Assembly (NCBI GenBank): GCA_973895155.1
Contig: OZ316893.1
Coordinates: 9,115,839-9,179,838, forward strand
From: Marsupella aquatica
Lineage: Eukaryota; Plantae; Marchantiophyta
Reading direction: 5' to 3'
Length of the DNA stretch: 64,000 nt
A program made the translations under genes and the position numbers. A model generated the notes under the pieces. The model saw nothing but the letters and a program-made list of their open reading frames with translations. It was not told the DNA's origin and did not search any database. Shown here piece after piece: positions 46,494 to 59,642 of the stretch. The stretch's first letter is position 1. Every line of letters starts with the position of its first letter.

Positions 46494-49396
46494 TAAGCAT
46501 TCAACAGGTGCGGATGTGGCATAGGAGCGACTGTGTATAGAGTCGTGCATAGCATCGTTTGAATCATGTTTGTCGTAAGCTTGTTGAATGTGAGCTTGTG
46601 GGACTTGTTGCAATTGTTGTCGATCCTGTTGATTTTCTACAGAGCTCGAAGAGTTCAGCAGATTGGACATGCTGGCACTGACCGTGCCATGTTACAGTAG
46701 AGTTTATAGGAGGAGAACATTTCCTCTCTTTCTTCCCATACGCAACCCCTTGAGCTTTTGCCTGCATTTTGTGCACTTCTTTGACATATAGATGGACGAG
46801 TTGAGCTCCGAATGGGTTGGACTCAGGCTTTCCTCCGTGCTCTTTGAATGCAGCTTGGAGAGGCCCTATCAGCGCATCGAGAGAACCCCAGGCCTAGCGC
46901 AGTGGGCACTGGCAAGGGTTGGGAGGGCGTCGACATCTAGTGCGTACGCGTGCTGCAGTGCTTACGCGTGCATGCAACTGTGATCAATTTTGTTGTCCAA
47001 GTGATACCAGGCCCACGGTAAAGCTACAATACTCCTCCCTCCTCCTACCCTCCGCCTCTTCCTGTAGGCTGTAGCAATAGGCTGAAAGAATGTGTCCAGA
47101 GAAGAACGCAGCTCCCAACAAATGGTTGTTCTAATCCACTTGTGGAGAATTTTATACGGTACCTCTCGTGCACCTGTAGGATATGTTTTTAGTTTAGTAA
47201 ATTACTACCATGGCAGGCCAACCTACCTTAGGCGGCTGCCTCCTCCTATAGTAGACCTCACAAACACAAATTTGACCTTCGATCAGTCTATTATGGGCCG
47301 AATGTGCTCCTTTGCGAGTCAAGAGAACTATGTTTTCTCTTAATCTAACCATATAATTGATTTACTCTGTGTTTGGCTGAAGCATTCTTTATTGAGCCAT
47401 AATGTAACTACACAATTGGTGCTTAATAGTTTCCCTGCTGTTGCAACTGCAGTAGCTGGAATGCTATCTAGCCTGGCTTGGGAGAACGAGCAACACACGA
47501 GGCCCAGAACGAGCCAAGCATCGAACAAGCCAAGCATCGAACAAGCCAAGCATCGAGGTCTTGTTGTTGAGTTGATTGTTAGTGTGGAGGTAATTAATTT
47601 ATATTTGCCTGCACACGGCTACCTTGAAAGTTCTGTGAGATAGAATGATGTTGTGTTGCTCAGGAGTCTGAGTCAATGCTCTTTTGTTGGCTATTTGACA
47701 TGTTTATATTGTTGGGAGTACGTATTGGAGTTTCTTGTAGATTGGCTCAATCTAGATAATTTTATTGATCAATTTTAATTTTGATTAATATTGGCTATTA
47801 TGTACCTTGAAGGTACTAAAACGATTCTTCCTGGAAAGGTAGTGTCCCACCAACACTCTTCGCAAATTTGGCAGAGGTAGGCCATTCATTCAACCTTCTG
47901 AATCATATCATTCTATTATCTTGTATTATATTTTATGACTGAGGTGTTCTATGGCTATTCAATTTCAATTTTTTTCTATTACACCTAACGACAGGAAATG
48001 TGCATGTTACCCAGGTGAGATTAAATTAGGAGTCATTTATTTCTTTCAGTTATTTCTTTTCCTGCACTTGCATGTGTGGGCTGGCAGGGATACTCAAATC
48101 TAAGTAGACCCCAAGGAAGTCATGCCCTTGGTGGAGACTGTTGGAAAGTGATGCCCCAACAGCCTAGCGCTACTTAGAGGAGAGGCAGGTTGCCTGTGAG
48201 GGGGGACCTTGGAGGTGATTGCCAATGGCAGAGAGTTTAGAGCCTAGTCTTTAGATGTGGGTGGTCCAGGAGATATTCTTGGTTGTGGATTATTCAACTT
48301 ACAGAGAGGAAGTCTGAGTAAATGTCAAACAGACCCACCAACTCTGAGGAGAGGGATTGGAGTGTGGGCTTGGCCCCGACTGCACATGGATCTAGCACAG
48401 TTGGGACAAGCTTTATCTGGACAAGCTCAATGCGGCCATACTAGGACAAGCTATTGACTCTGTTCCAAACAGAAAACCAGATTGGGACAAGCTACTCTGT
48501 ACCAAACAGAAAACCAGATTGGGACAAGCTACACAATTATAAACAGAGAAGGCCATACTAGGACAAGCTAATGAAGGCCATGTGCAGATCCCATACCCTC
48601 TTGTGCTTACACTGAAGCAAGAGTCCTTGCCAGCAAAGGGTATGACCCTTCCCACCCGAACAATTTCGGAGAAAGCTGCAAGGATCTTTAAACGCGAATC
48701 ACCAAGAGAAATGGCCGGGATGGGGCAAGGCTCTCTTGGGGTTTGTCTTGTGGATGTGGTCTCTATTGGTGGGAATCTGTAGGTCTGTCTATGTTTTTTC
48801 TCATCCTTGTATCAAACACTAATTCTTTCTCTGGTCTAGATCAAGTTAATAATTGTTTGCTTGAAAGCTTATTGAAGTCATACTAAGAAACTAAATGCAG
48901 ACTTTTCTTTGGATGGTTTAAACAAATGCCTCCAATAATTCCTGTGTTCTATCCTGCTTGACATGGTCCTCCACCATACAGGCCAACTATCAGCTGTTAT
49001 TGAAATATCCCTGATATGCTTCTATCCAAGCATTGGGCCATTTAAAACGCCTGAAGAGACTGGACCATTCGAAAATAACCTGCCTTGGATGAGATTCATA
49101 TAACTATCCAGCTTTGAATCTCATCAAAAGACCTGTTTGTTTGCTATAGGTTGTGGCAAGAAATTGTGCTACTACAATTAATTCAAAGGCCTTGTCTCCC
49201 CACTTGCCTCCTTAACCTGTGTGTCAATTGAATACAGATGTTAATGTAGGTGGACTCATGGTGAGCCTCTACAAAGATAATTGTCTGTTGACACATTATA
49301 TTTATTGGGTTTTTTCAACTTTTAAGTCCTCTTTCTATTGTTAATGTTTGCAGGAGTGTGTGAATCATCTTTAAATTTGGATGTCTATACTGCAAC

Positions 49397-52300
49397 ATGG
49401 TGGCTGTGGTGGTCTATAAGGTCTTGAAGGAGGGCGGATCTCCACTGCTTATAGGGTCTCTTAGCTATAAATCTGGAGAAACTTTCCATGGCTTTAGAAA
49501 AACTGTTGAGGAACGTGGCCTGTTTGACTTCCCATTCCAATTTATTGACAGCCTCACAGGCTCAAGGATGCACATTCCTTGGGAGAAAGCAAATTTGGTG
49601 GAAGATTTTGGATCCAGTATTTCTGTCATTCCTCTGTATGACTCTGTACCTGAAGTTTCCCAAGATAAACATGATAGACAGGAGCTGGAGTTTGATTCTT
49701 GTACACCTCCATTCCTCAGTAGCAATGCATCTAATAGTCAGGCAGTCTCTGTAAACACTGGTTCACAAGAGCAGCCAGAGGAAGATGTGCATCCTAACCT
49801 TCTAGAGCCTGCTGTAGAGGTACCCATGGAAGTAGACAATGCCCTAGAAGAAGTTTCAAAAGTAGAGTTTTTGTCAAAGCTTATGATCCCTGAACACAAA
49901 AAATTATGGGAACGTGAAGCTAAGAGACTCCAAGAGTTTATGGCTTCTGAGACCTTCTGTGACCATCGTTGGAGAGTGAAAACTTGGGACCAAGACAATA
50001 GCCCCAGGGGCAACATTCATTGTCTTGAATGTGATGAACAGTTTCATGGATCATCCCGAGGGGGGGTCATGGAGAGAAGCACCATTAGCAACTGTTTCAT
50101 CAATTATAGAAAGAAACATTTGATAACCAACAAACACGTTTCTTCTATGTTGAGGAATAGAAAACGTCCAGCAAGTGCAGAAGATGTACAAGCAACTGTG
50201 CAAAGACCAACTGTCCAGGATGACCAAGCTATTCTTGACCAGCATGTGAAAATTGTGGAGAGTGTAAATGCAACTCAAGAAGGAGAGCATGTCACTTTTG
50301 AAATCCTTGGTGACCTTCATCGAGAACCTCTTCATTTAGACTTTTTCAAAGTCCGATGTTACTATTGTTTTGAATTGATTCGCTTGGTTCCCAAGCAAAG
50401 AAACTTGGAGTTTAATTTGTCCCAACATTGTGCAAGTTCAAAGCACATTGAAGCTTATGATAGGAGTTGTAAGAATTCCAAAGGTGCTCCTGTGTCTTCT
50501 GGAAGGGCAGGAAGGCCACCAAAGCCAACTGGTCCAGACAAACGACAAAGAAAAATTGGTCTATTTTTCTTAACAGACAACTCTCAAAGTGAGCAGAGCA
50601 GCAGATCCTCAAGAGCTAACTCTCACACTGGGCAGAGCAGCAGATCATCAAGGTCTGCCCAGGAGAGAGGGAAAGGTGACCCTTCGTTAACCAATCCAAC
50701 TTCATATTTATGTTGGGGATTGTGGCATTTTCGATCCAATATTTCCAGGCAAGCCAGGCCTATCAAGGACATTTTAAAAGATTTCAAACCAGGGGCATTT
50801 TGGTATACAGAACCCTATGTAGATGAGGAGGTATTTAATATGAGTAGAGGAAAATATTGTCATGTGCAAGGGACATTCAGACACATACACTATAGTAGAA
50901 TATCTTGTAGTGGATTTGAGGATATGACATGCCAACATTGTTGGAGTATTCAAGCAATGACAGACTTCCGATTGAGAGTTTATAGAGAATCAAATGCTGT
51001 GAGAAAGAGAGGAAGTAGAGACACAAGCGAAGGCTTGCGGTTGAGTTACATGACTGTGGATGAGATTCTGAGGCAAGCCAGACTTCACAGTGGAACTATT
51101 CACTGTTACCAACGGCGGATTAGGAGCTTGCAAGCAAGTGCTGTCATGCTCCAAGCAAGGGTACCTAAATTGCGTGATATGTGTCAGCAATCTATGTCTC
51201 AAGGCTCTGTGTTGAAATTCTGCAACTCAATCATCGTTGCACACAGGAAAGGTGCATTTGGTGGACGGGAAGCAGTGTGGGATTTGATGACAGATATAGC
51301 AAGTAATCTTAATAAGTCAGCAACAGGTCACCGATGGAAAAAAGGTTCTAGACTAATTTGTCAAGCTCTATACCAGCATGGGGGAAGACGTGTGGTTGAT
51401 TGTTTAGCAACCAACATGATTGGACCTAGTCTAATTACTTTACAGAGAGACCGTAGAGGGATGTCTGAGTTTAGAGCTGGTGTCCATGCTCAGCAATTTA
51501 AATTCATTGTTGACATCTATGGCAAGATCAAGACTCACATTGGCATGCATGGTCCATTGCCTTGCTATTTAGCAGAGGATGAAACCTGTGTGAAGAGGAC
51601 AGTTAGATGGTTGCCAAAGCATGACACATTATTGGGTTTCTGTGGAACAAAAACAGATCATATTTGCATTCCAGGGTTGGAGATCAAGGTAGGAGAGGGT
51701 GATGTGGGTTTCAATAATGTACTGAAAGCATTTGAAAACAATGTGGTGGGACGGCAAGTCCGCTGCATTATGGTGAACCCTTTGCATAAAGAGTTCCCAA
51801 GACTATGTATGGTGTGCATGACAACTTGCAACACATTTGATGCTCCATGGGTTAGAAAACAGTGGAATGAGATTGATGCTCTCTGGACAGAGATTTGCTC
51901 TATGTCAGTTGGGCCATTGTTGGGTCATGCCAGTGATGGAGATTCACGAAGACGGAAGTTGATGTTAGAAGATTTTGTAGGGACAAATTCAAGTCCAGGA
52001 GTAACACACAGACGCCAAAATGTTGGATGGATAGGGTGGCCATTGAGCCATTCTGTATTACAGGTGGGAGACAAAGTTTATGCTCACAGATTACATGACC
52101 AGGATTACATTCATAATGCCAAAAAGTTAATCAATCCATTGGATTCTACTGCAAAGGTATTGAAATTGGGTGCTACACTTGTTAGCTTTAGTCATGTTGA
52201 ACAGGTAAGTAAAACATACTCTATTGCAGAGCATGGTTTAACCCTAGAAGACATGTCTAGAAATGATAGACAAAATTGGACAAGTGCTCAGAGAATCTGT

Positions 52301-53991
52301 AGCAGAAAGGTAATTCTGTGTATGAAAGAGTTGAGAAGTAGAAAGGATGCAAGATATGAGCAATGTGCCGGAACAGAGGTCTATTTGTCGCTGTGTGCAG
52401 ATTATGTTGACATTTTTGCCAACAAAACACTTACTCTGAGGGAAAAAGTGGTTCTTTGTGGAAAAGTCTCATTTTTATTGAGATTGTGGCGATTATGGGT
52501 GTTCCATGGAAATCACCAAGTAGGGGGCAACAGACAGAAGATTACTATGAGCAATATGGTCTCTATGCAAACATTCTTGGATGTTCAAATGTCATTGCAC
52601 TTTGCAGTGCTTCTCATTATCCAATTTCGAGATCATTTCCCTGGTTTACCTATCCCTTTGCATTTAACCGGTTCAGATAGTTGTGAGAAATTTTTCTCCA
52701 AAGTGGGAGGAATGAAAGGAACAGAACGCTGTTATGATGTGGCTGAATTGGTAGATTGCGCCACATCATTAAACCGCTTAGCAGAAATGGATTTAACTGA
52801 TGGAATCCATGGTATTGGGAAGAGTCATAAAAAACATAAAAACATTTGGATGAAAATACATTTTCCAGAGGGATATCAAGATGCAGATTTCACAGATTAT
52901 AGTGGCATCAATACCAATGATGAGATAGTGATAGCATTGAAAGAAGGTTTTTCTTTGGCCCAAGATGCAGCTACTCTAGTTCAAATGAACCCCTCCACAT
53001 CATGCAGGAATTGTCTGTGGTGGACATCACCTTGGGTAGTAGAGGCAAAGGGAAGGGACCAAGGAGGTTGGTGTGACATTATAGTGGAGACTTTGCCTGT
53101 GGAAGACCAACCTGAATCAGAGCAACAGCCACATCTTGTGGTGGGCTCCTCTGCTGCTGGTATTACAGAGGATATAGTTGAAGGAGATGGGGTGGCGGAT
53201 GAAGTTATTGCCCAAGGAGAACTCTAGGGAACTATCCGTGAATTGTGTGCTGAGTTGAATGAAGGTCCAGTAGTTCTTGGACAGCCCAAATGGGTTCCCA
53301 TGGTTAGTTGTGACAATCGTTATATATACAAAAGTACATTGGTGAGTCAACTAGCTGGAAATCCTAGTCTTAGTAAGGATCGATTAACCAGGGTGAAAAA
53401 CATAGTGTTTATTTCAATAATCTGGTTGATAAACGATCAGATCAAGAAGGGGTTCCAACAATGTTCATGTCTTATGGTATGGACTGTGGAGTGTATTTTG
53501 TAGCAGATCCACAACCTGGTAAAGAAACCAGGTCTCAAGGTCTACTAAAAGCATTGTCAAGGAAGGGAAAAGGACAACCTACCTCAACCTCTGGAAGAAA
53601 AGTTTCAAAGAAGGGAGGCAAAGGTGAAGCTGTGTCTGTAGGATCCATTCCAAGAGTGGAAAAGTATGTTTGGTGGATTGGAAGAGTTCAAATGATTCGG
53701 AAAAAATATAACAACAAATGGGGAAGATGCAGGGAACCTATTGACTTACTTGATAGGCCTGGCAAAGTGGATGATGGATCAGCTGTGTGTGAAGTACTGT
53801 TCAATTGGTTCAGTCCCTGTAGTGGGAGAACAAAATTTCGATATGATATGTGTGATCCTCAATGGATTGATTTGGACTGTGTGATATCCACAGTGAGCCT
53901 TTCAATAGCTCCAGCTACTCCTAATGTGTTTGTCTTGCATGATCATGATGCAAGTTTACTTGATGATTTTGTAAAGAACAAGATCATATGA
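49397..53991 (+). pseudogene. P-element/THAP9-like DDE transposase, C-terminus disrupted
   Basis: 1276-aa ORF with LAEDETCVK (~51575), HASDGD (~51930), DYIHNAKKLIN (DxxH, ~52105), DRQNWTSAQRICS and GSDSCEKFFS (~52680). After TAG 53225-53227 the same frame stays open, then a frameshift near 53400 leads into ORF 53461-53991. Confidence 0.8.
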
Positions 53992-56900
53992 AGCTTATTC
54001 ACCAATGTATTGGTGAGTCACTTTCTTTTGATTGAATTTGCAGTCATTTGATGTCAGTGTGACATGATTTCATATGTAAACATGTAGCATTATATTGTTG
54101 CAGACTCATGATGTGCTGTCTCAACAGATATATTACAACAACCAGGAAACTCGAATGGTGTATGAAGTTAGCATTCATGAAATTGCACCTAATCTTAAAG
54201 TGAGTTGTCTCAATTTTGTTTATATTCATTGTATTCTTTATGAATGTTTAAGCTCATCTCTAACATACTCTCCTAATTTTTTGCAGCATACGCAACATCA
54301 CAATATCTGGTGTAATAGTTGAACATCATTTGTAATTGATGTGTAGTTTAGGGACTGTCACTAGTCTCCAAAACAGGTGCATGAGTAGTCCATAGAACTT
54401 GTGTAACATCATCACATGTGCTTTGATAATATCTGTAGTGTAAAACTTGTGCAACATCATGACATGTGCTCTGATAATATCTATGTAGAGCAGTGTAGAA
54501 CTAATTGTGCAACATCACCACATGTGCACTTGTTAATTATCTTTGTAGTGTAGTGTAAGGATTAATAGTAATCCATGCATTGAACAGATAAATAGTAGTT
54601 GTAGGATACATCCTATAAATATCCCATAGTCACAATTACAAGTACACTCATCATGTGTCCTTACAAGCAACATTTTATAATGAAACAAGGGTATTTTTAT
54701 TGAATGTCAAAAGTACTTATAAACTACTCAAGGGAGTTTTTAATGGATGACATTTTTATTATTATAATTTTCAAGGATAATTTAAATTTGTAATATGAAA
54801 ACTAATAAGGGGTACTCAACATGGAAGTGTTCACAGGGGTATAAGACATTTTAGCCTAAGTGATTCCCCAGGGCAAAGGACAAATGTGCCAAACTGGGAA
54901 CTGGGACACAGGATCCCTAGGGCAAAAAGACCTAGTAAAGGGAAGGAAAACTAAAAGGGAAAGACCCCAATAAGACTAAAGAGGCTCAACAAGCCAAGGA
55001 TTCTCCCACAACAACAAAAGAACAAAATCCCACTAAGTAGCCAAGTAGACAAACCTTACTGGGCGGAAAATAGAAAAGCCTAGTAGAGCTCCAGGTTACA
55101 AAAGGGAAAATTTTAAAATTTCTTCTTTTAAGGGGGAAGCGACCGAGCACAAAGTTCATTCAATTGCAACCGCGGCAAAAACCAGTGGGGAGAAACAACT
55201 GAAAGAGCACCTGACAACAGCCCCAGGGCCAGAACAAAAGCACCAACAAACCGCAGCAGAGGAGACAAAGCAACAGGCCCCCAAGCACCATCACCCCGGT
55301 TTGGACTTGTCGGACAAATAGCAGTATTTACGAAGACAAAAGACATATGTCGTCCCGGTCACTCCTGGTCGATCCCGGCCGCAAAGTGAATTACCGGCCC
55401 GGCCCCTTCCCCCCCCCCGCCCCAGTCTCCCTCCCCGGCTGGAGATTCTGGGTTCGATCCCCAGTATGGTCGCCAACTTGTCCTGAGGATAAGCAAAGAG
55501 GTGGGAAAAGAGGCTCAAGGGACACGCAGGGTGTATGACTGCTTGAGATAGGAAACGGTTGCAAACAAGATAAAGTAGACCCTAAGCACTTCCTTTCATC
55601 CACATCATCACAAGCAAGCAAGCAAGCAAGCATGCATGCTTTCGAAACTCAAGCCATTTACATACTCATACCCAATCACAATCAAAATAACTAGTTCAAG
55701 CTTCCCAATGTAATCCTCACAAGTCTAAGCCCAACATTCAATTCCTTTTCCAACACTTGATTGCACACAATCCCTTGCAACCTTCTAAGGTACACAAGTT
55801 CAAGTGTACATTCAATGTGGTCAAGTTAAGGGTCACTCTTGGTTGTGGCTAAGACAAGTGGGACATCCAAAGGTATGCAAGGCATCTCTATGCACCATTC
55901 AAACATCCAACTTTCGAAACATGGGAAACTACTTTCAAAAAGTGACCTAGGGTTGGCCAACAAACTCCTTAACAAACATGGAATTGACCTTAGTCCCTTC
56001 CTCTAGTAGAACCACCAAGTATAATCCACAAACAACCCAATCCATCAATCGAAAATGCCTTCACTCTTTACTCTTGCAACTTCCCTCATGCATAATAACT
56101 ACTTTCGAAAGTACCTTATTCAACCCATCTACTTTCAAAAACACCTTCAAGCTCACAACAACATTCGAAAATGGCATGAAGACATTCATTCTAACCATTC
56201 CATCACTCATAGCCAAAGCAAGGCATCAACACACATCTCAAAAACGAGGATACCTCTCCTCTAAATGCATAGCAAGAAGGCACATGTAGCATCATGGCCT
56301 CCAAGTAAAAACATGGGTCACAAGCAAGACCCTCCTAGCAAAAATGAATCATCACCAAGTCTAATCATCAACCAAGCATTCAAAATCCCTCCATAACCTA
56401 TCCAAGCTTCAAAACCCTAGTCTCCTTCTCTCATACTTCCTTCTATCAACCAAATCTACTTTCGAAGCTTCAAGTCAAGGAGTTTACAAGAGAGTAGTCC
56501 TTCTTAGTGAGCCATCTCTAATGCAAGACTCCCAAGCTTCAACAAGATTAGGTCTCATCTCCTCTAAGCTTTCGAAAATCTCCTACAAGTCCATTCTCCT
56601 CAAAACTTGAAGCAACAAACCTACATTCGAGTATGCCTTCTTATGGGCAATCTCTCATGCAAGCTCCTTATACTTCCTACTCACATCCTACCTCCTTCCT
56701 AAGGCTTCGAGTCAGCCTCTCCTACATTCAAAACCTCTCTCCAAATCCCTAGAAAAACCGTCACAAAACTCAATCTCTTCACATTCAAAGCTTCTACTCC
56801 ATCTATCTCTTCACAAAATTGCCTCTACATCTCCTACCCTCAAAATCCTAAGGCCATGGCCAAGGAGGAGGGTTCCCCCTTCACTCATGCCTCATGCTCG

Positions 56901-57844
56901 AGCTCCCCTCAAGAGGTTCGCTCCTACAACTAAAATTGGGACTTAACACTCCAAAACGGCAAAATGGCAGCACTTCAGCAGCATCTAACCTCCGAACCCT
57001 TGGCCACTCGAACTTCCTCCTTAAGTATCCACGTGGGAAGGCCCAGGGCACCCACAAGCTCCTCCACTTATGGTTTTAATCCTCGTTGAATCACAGCCCT
57101 TGATCTCACACCAATTAGATCAAACGGCCAAAAATGAGCCAAAAAACCCCTCCTTAGTAACTTGCAAACCAAAAGAGCTTCGACCTTTTTGAAAAAGCCA
57201 CGACCTCCACCAAGCCCTAACTCTCATCTCCACCTTCAATCCAAACCATCCATTAACCAAAACCAAGATCCACCGTTGAAGTAGATACATTGAATCTGGT
57301 CCATTTAACACAAAAATCTGAATCTGGTCCAAATCTCACAAAACTGATGCACTTGGTCCAAACCCTCTTACATGCCTTGAACCTGGTCACCTCCTCCATG
57401 TATTCAATGAACTTGGTCACCATGTTGCCAAAACCCTAAATACCTTGCTTGTCGAGCAAGCAACCTCCATTCCGCCGATCCGCCAAATGATAACTTAATC
57501 GCTGGTCACAAATGAAAAACATACCCCACAATAGTAAGAAGGGTGGATAGGCTCGACCTCATCCCTACCTTGACCCTCATAACTCTACTTCCTCCTTCAC
57601 CTTGGTCAAGTTAGCTCAAGTCAAGTCAACTTGCCCAAGTTAGAAGCAAAATTGGTTTCAACTTCCTTCACAAAACATGAGGATTCCTCCTTTAGGATGG
57701 AAACCTCATGACACCGGTCTCCCCACCCTCCCCCCCGGCCTCTGTCCCCGCTCCCCCCCCCGGTCTCCCCACCCTCCTCCCCAACATTATCTTGGTAAGT
57801 CCGCTGTCTTCTTTCAGTCCAGATGCTGGCAATCATTTGGTGAA

Positions 57845-58340
57845 TCAGCCAGGGTCACACTTTTGTGAGCAAATGGCAGTATCCAACTTACCAACCCACT
57901 TACCAAAGAAAGAGCACCCAGCTGCCTTATCAAGCCTAGTTCCAACAACAATGTGTTCGAGTTGGATCCACCGGGGTCTCAATCTAGGACACTCATAGAA
58001 TATGTGCTCAATGGTCTTGATATTACCTTGACATGCAGTGCATTTACCATCACCCTTGTCCCACTTGAGCAGCTCCATGAGTTGTGTCTGTAGCCCCAAT
58101 GCACTTTCCCTGGTAGTTCTGATTGACCCGTTGATATGTTCTATAGTCTTCCATCCCTGCTCTTGATTGACCATATCAGCTACACTGTAGATTTTCCTAG
58201 TTGCCAGAAGGTTTCGGCATTCCTATAGCACATGCTCTCCTGCATTAAGTTGTCTTTGAATCAGGAGCAAGAGTTGATCAGTGGAGATACCAATTGGTAT
58301 TTTCCCAGCATCAAGTTCAAAGCACAGATGAGTTCAATGC
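57845..58340 (-). pseudogene. Degenerate 3' fragment of a LINE (L1-like) ORF2
   Basis: KCTACQGNIKTIEHIFYEC fits the C-terminal CX2C..EH..C zinc motif of non-LTR retrotransposon ORF2. Surrounding frames are broken. Confidence 0.65.
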
Positions 58341-59642
58341 AGAGTTGAGTGTGTATGAGTTCCCATCCCCTCTCAACATGTGCTACAAAAAAAAACTAAA
58401 AAAGAAAAGAAAAAAAGTGAATTTGTTTAGAAGCTCTAAACCTCGACTCTACAAAGATTAGTGAAATCCTTAGCGGGTGTCTAAGAAGGTCAGGTTGGCG
58501 AACTGATTACTTGAGTTACACTACTGTACCTGATTGGGTTGGGCATGCAAACTGTATAATAGGAAATTAATAGGAAACTAAGGCAGGCTTGGTCTGATTG
58601 CTAGTAATTATTGGTGAGGCAGGTGTGCAAGAGGTGAACGCTAGAGGGGTCATGTAAGTCCAAACCTTGCGCTAGGAATGCATTTCTCTTTTCTGGCCCG
58701 ATTCCTGTCCCGACATTTTCTTCTGTTCCGGTGGCAACTCAGATTCTCCGTGGGTGAGAAGGCTTTGACGGCAGCGGGAGGTGGGCCCTCTGCGTTCACT
58801 CCAAGCAAGCAGAAAATATCATTGGGAGGTGACAAGGCTGGTGGGGCTTTCTGGGCTTCGCCATATCTGCAGGCTTTGTATGAAAATGGGAAGGGGAAGG
58901 TGGTGGGGCACAGCGTCTTCGATACGGCACACCGTTTATGTTGGATTTGGATTTGGATCAGTGGGAACGAGAGGCCATACAGACTGAGGATATGGACTTC
59001 ACGAGACAGAGGAGATAACATTATTCCAAGTTTGAAGCGCCAGAGATGCTCCAACAGACACAACTGTGGACAAAATCTCAGCTGTCCGAGTGTACTGGAG
59101 AAGGCGAAGAAGAAGCGCACTGGTTTGTCTTCTTCTTCCATTAACATCGTTATCTTGGAGGGTTGCCCCAGCTTTAAGCTAAGTAAGGAGCGCAATTTTT
59201 TTGAAAGAATTCCTTGGAACTGAATTAGAGAAATCGAGGAAGGGACGAATGAATTGTTAAGATCGGTTAAGTCAGCTGCCCCATTGATGGATTGAGTGAC
59301 CGAGGGAAGCTTTGAAGAGAAGGTAGGAGGCGTGACGGCAATCCCAACTGACGAGAAGGCACACACGGGGTTGTACGTGACGAGAGTGTGAGGCCACAGA
59401 GCAACCAGAGAAGCAATTCCCACGTAGGGCTCCTGGACTGCAATTCTAGCTCTCTCCTGTGCTCCCTCATTCGTGGCGGACTGTTTTAAGGGAGGACGTG
59501 GAGGAGAGTGGGGAGGCCCGTGCCCGTACCCTGCCTTTACCATTCACCAACATTTCTGGACAGGTCCGCAGGGTAATGTTGAAACTTCTGCTGCAATTCT
59601 ACAGGTTTTCTGCCATCTTTCGTCTCCCCTAGTGTTGCCACA

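Larger units (their letters stand above)
44499..54873 (+). mobile_element. P-superfamily-like cut-and-paste DNA transposon, 10.4 kb
   Basis: Perfect 15-bp TIR CCCTGGGGAATCACT (44499-44513) / AGTGATTCCCCAGGG (54859-54873). 8-bp TSD CAAAGGAC (44491-44498, 54874-54881). Internal transposase ORF. Confidence 0.9.

Noticed and set aside
55960-57060. Purine-rich minus-strand tract that looks like decayed coding sequence
   Set aside because: All frames are interrupted and no motif could be assigned.
58650-59543. 297-aa minus-strand ORF and overlapping 181-aa plus-strand ORF
   Set aside because: No recognisable motifs; they overlap the probable ABC1K3 promoter/5' UTR and are likely spurious.
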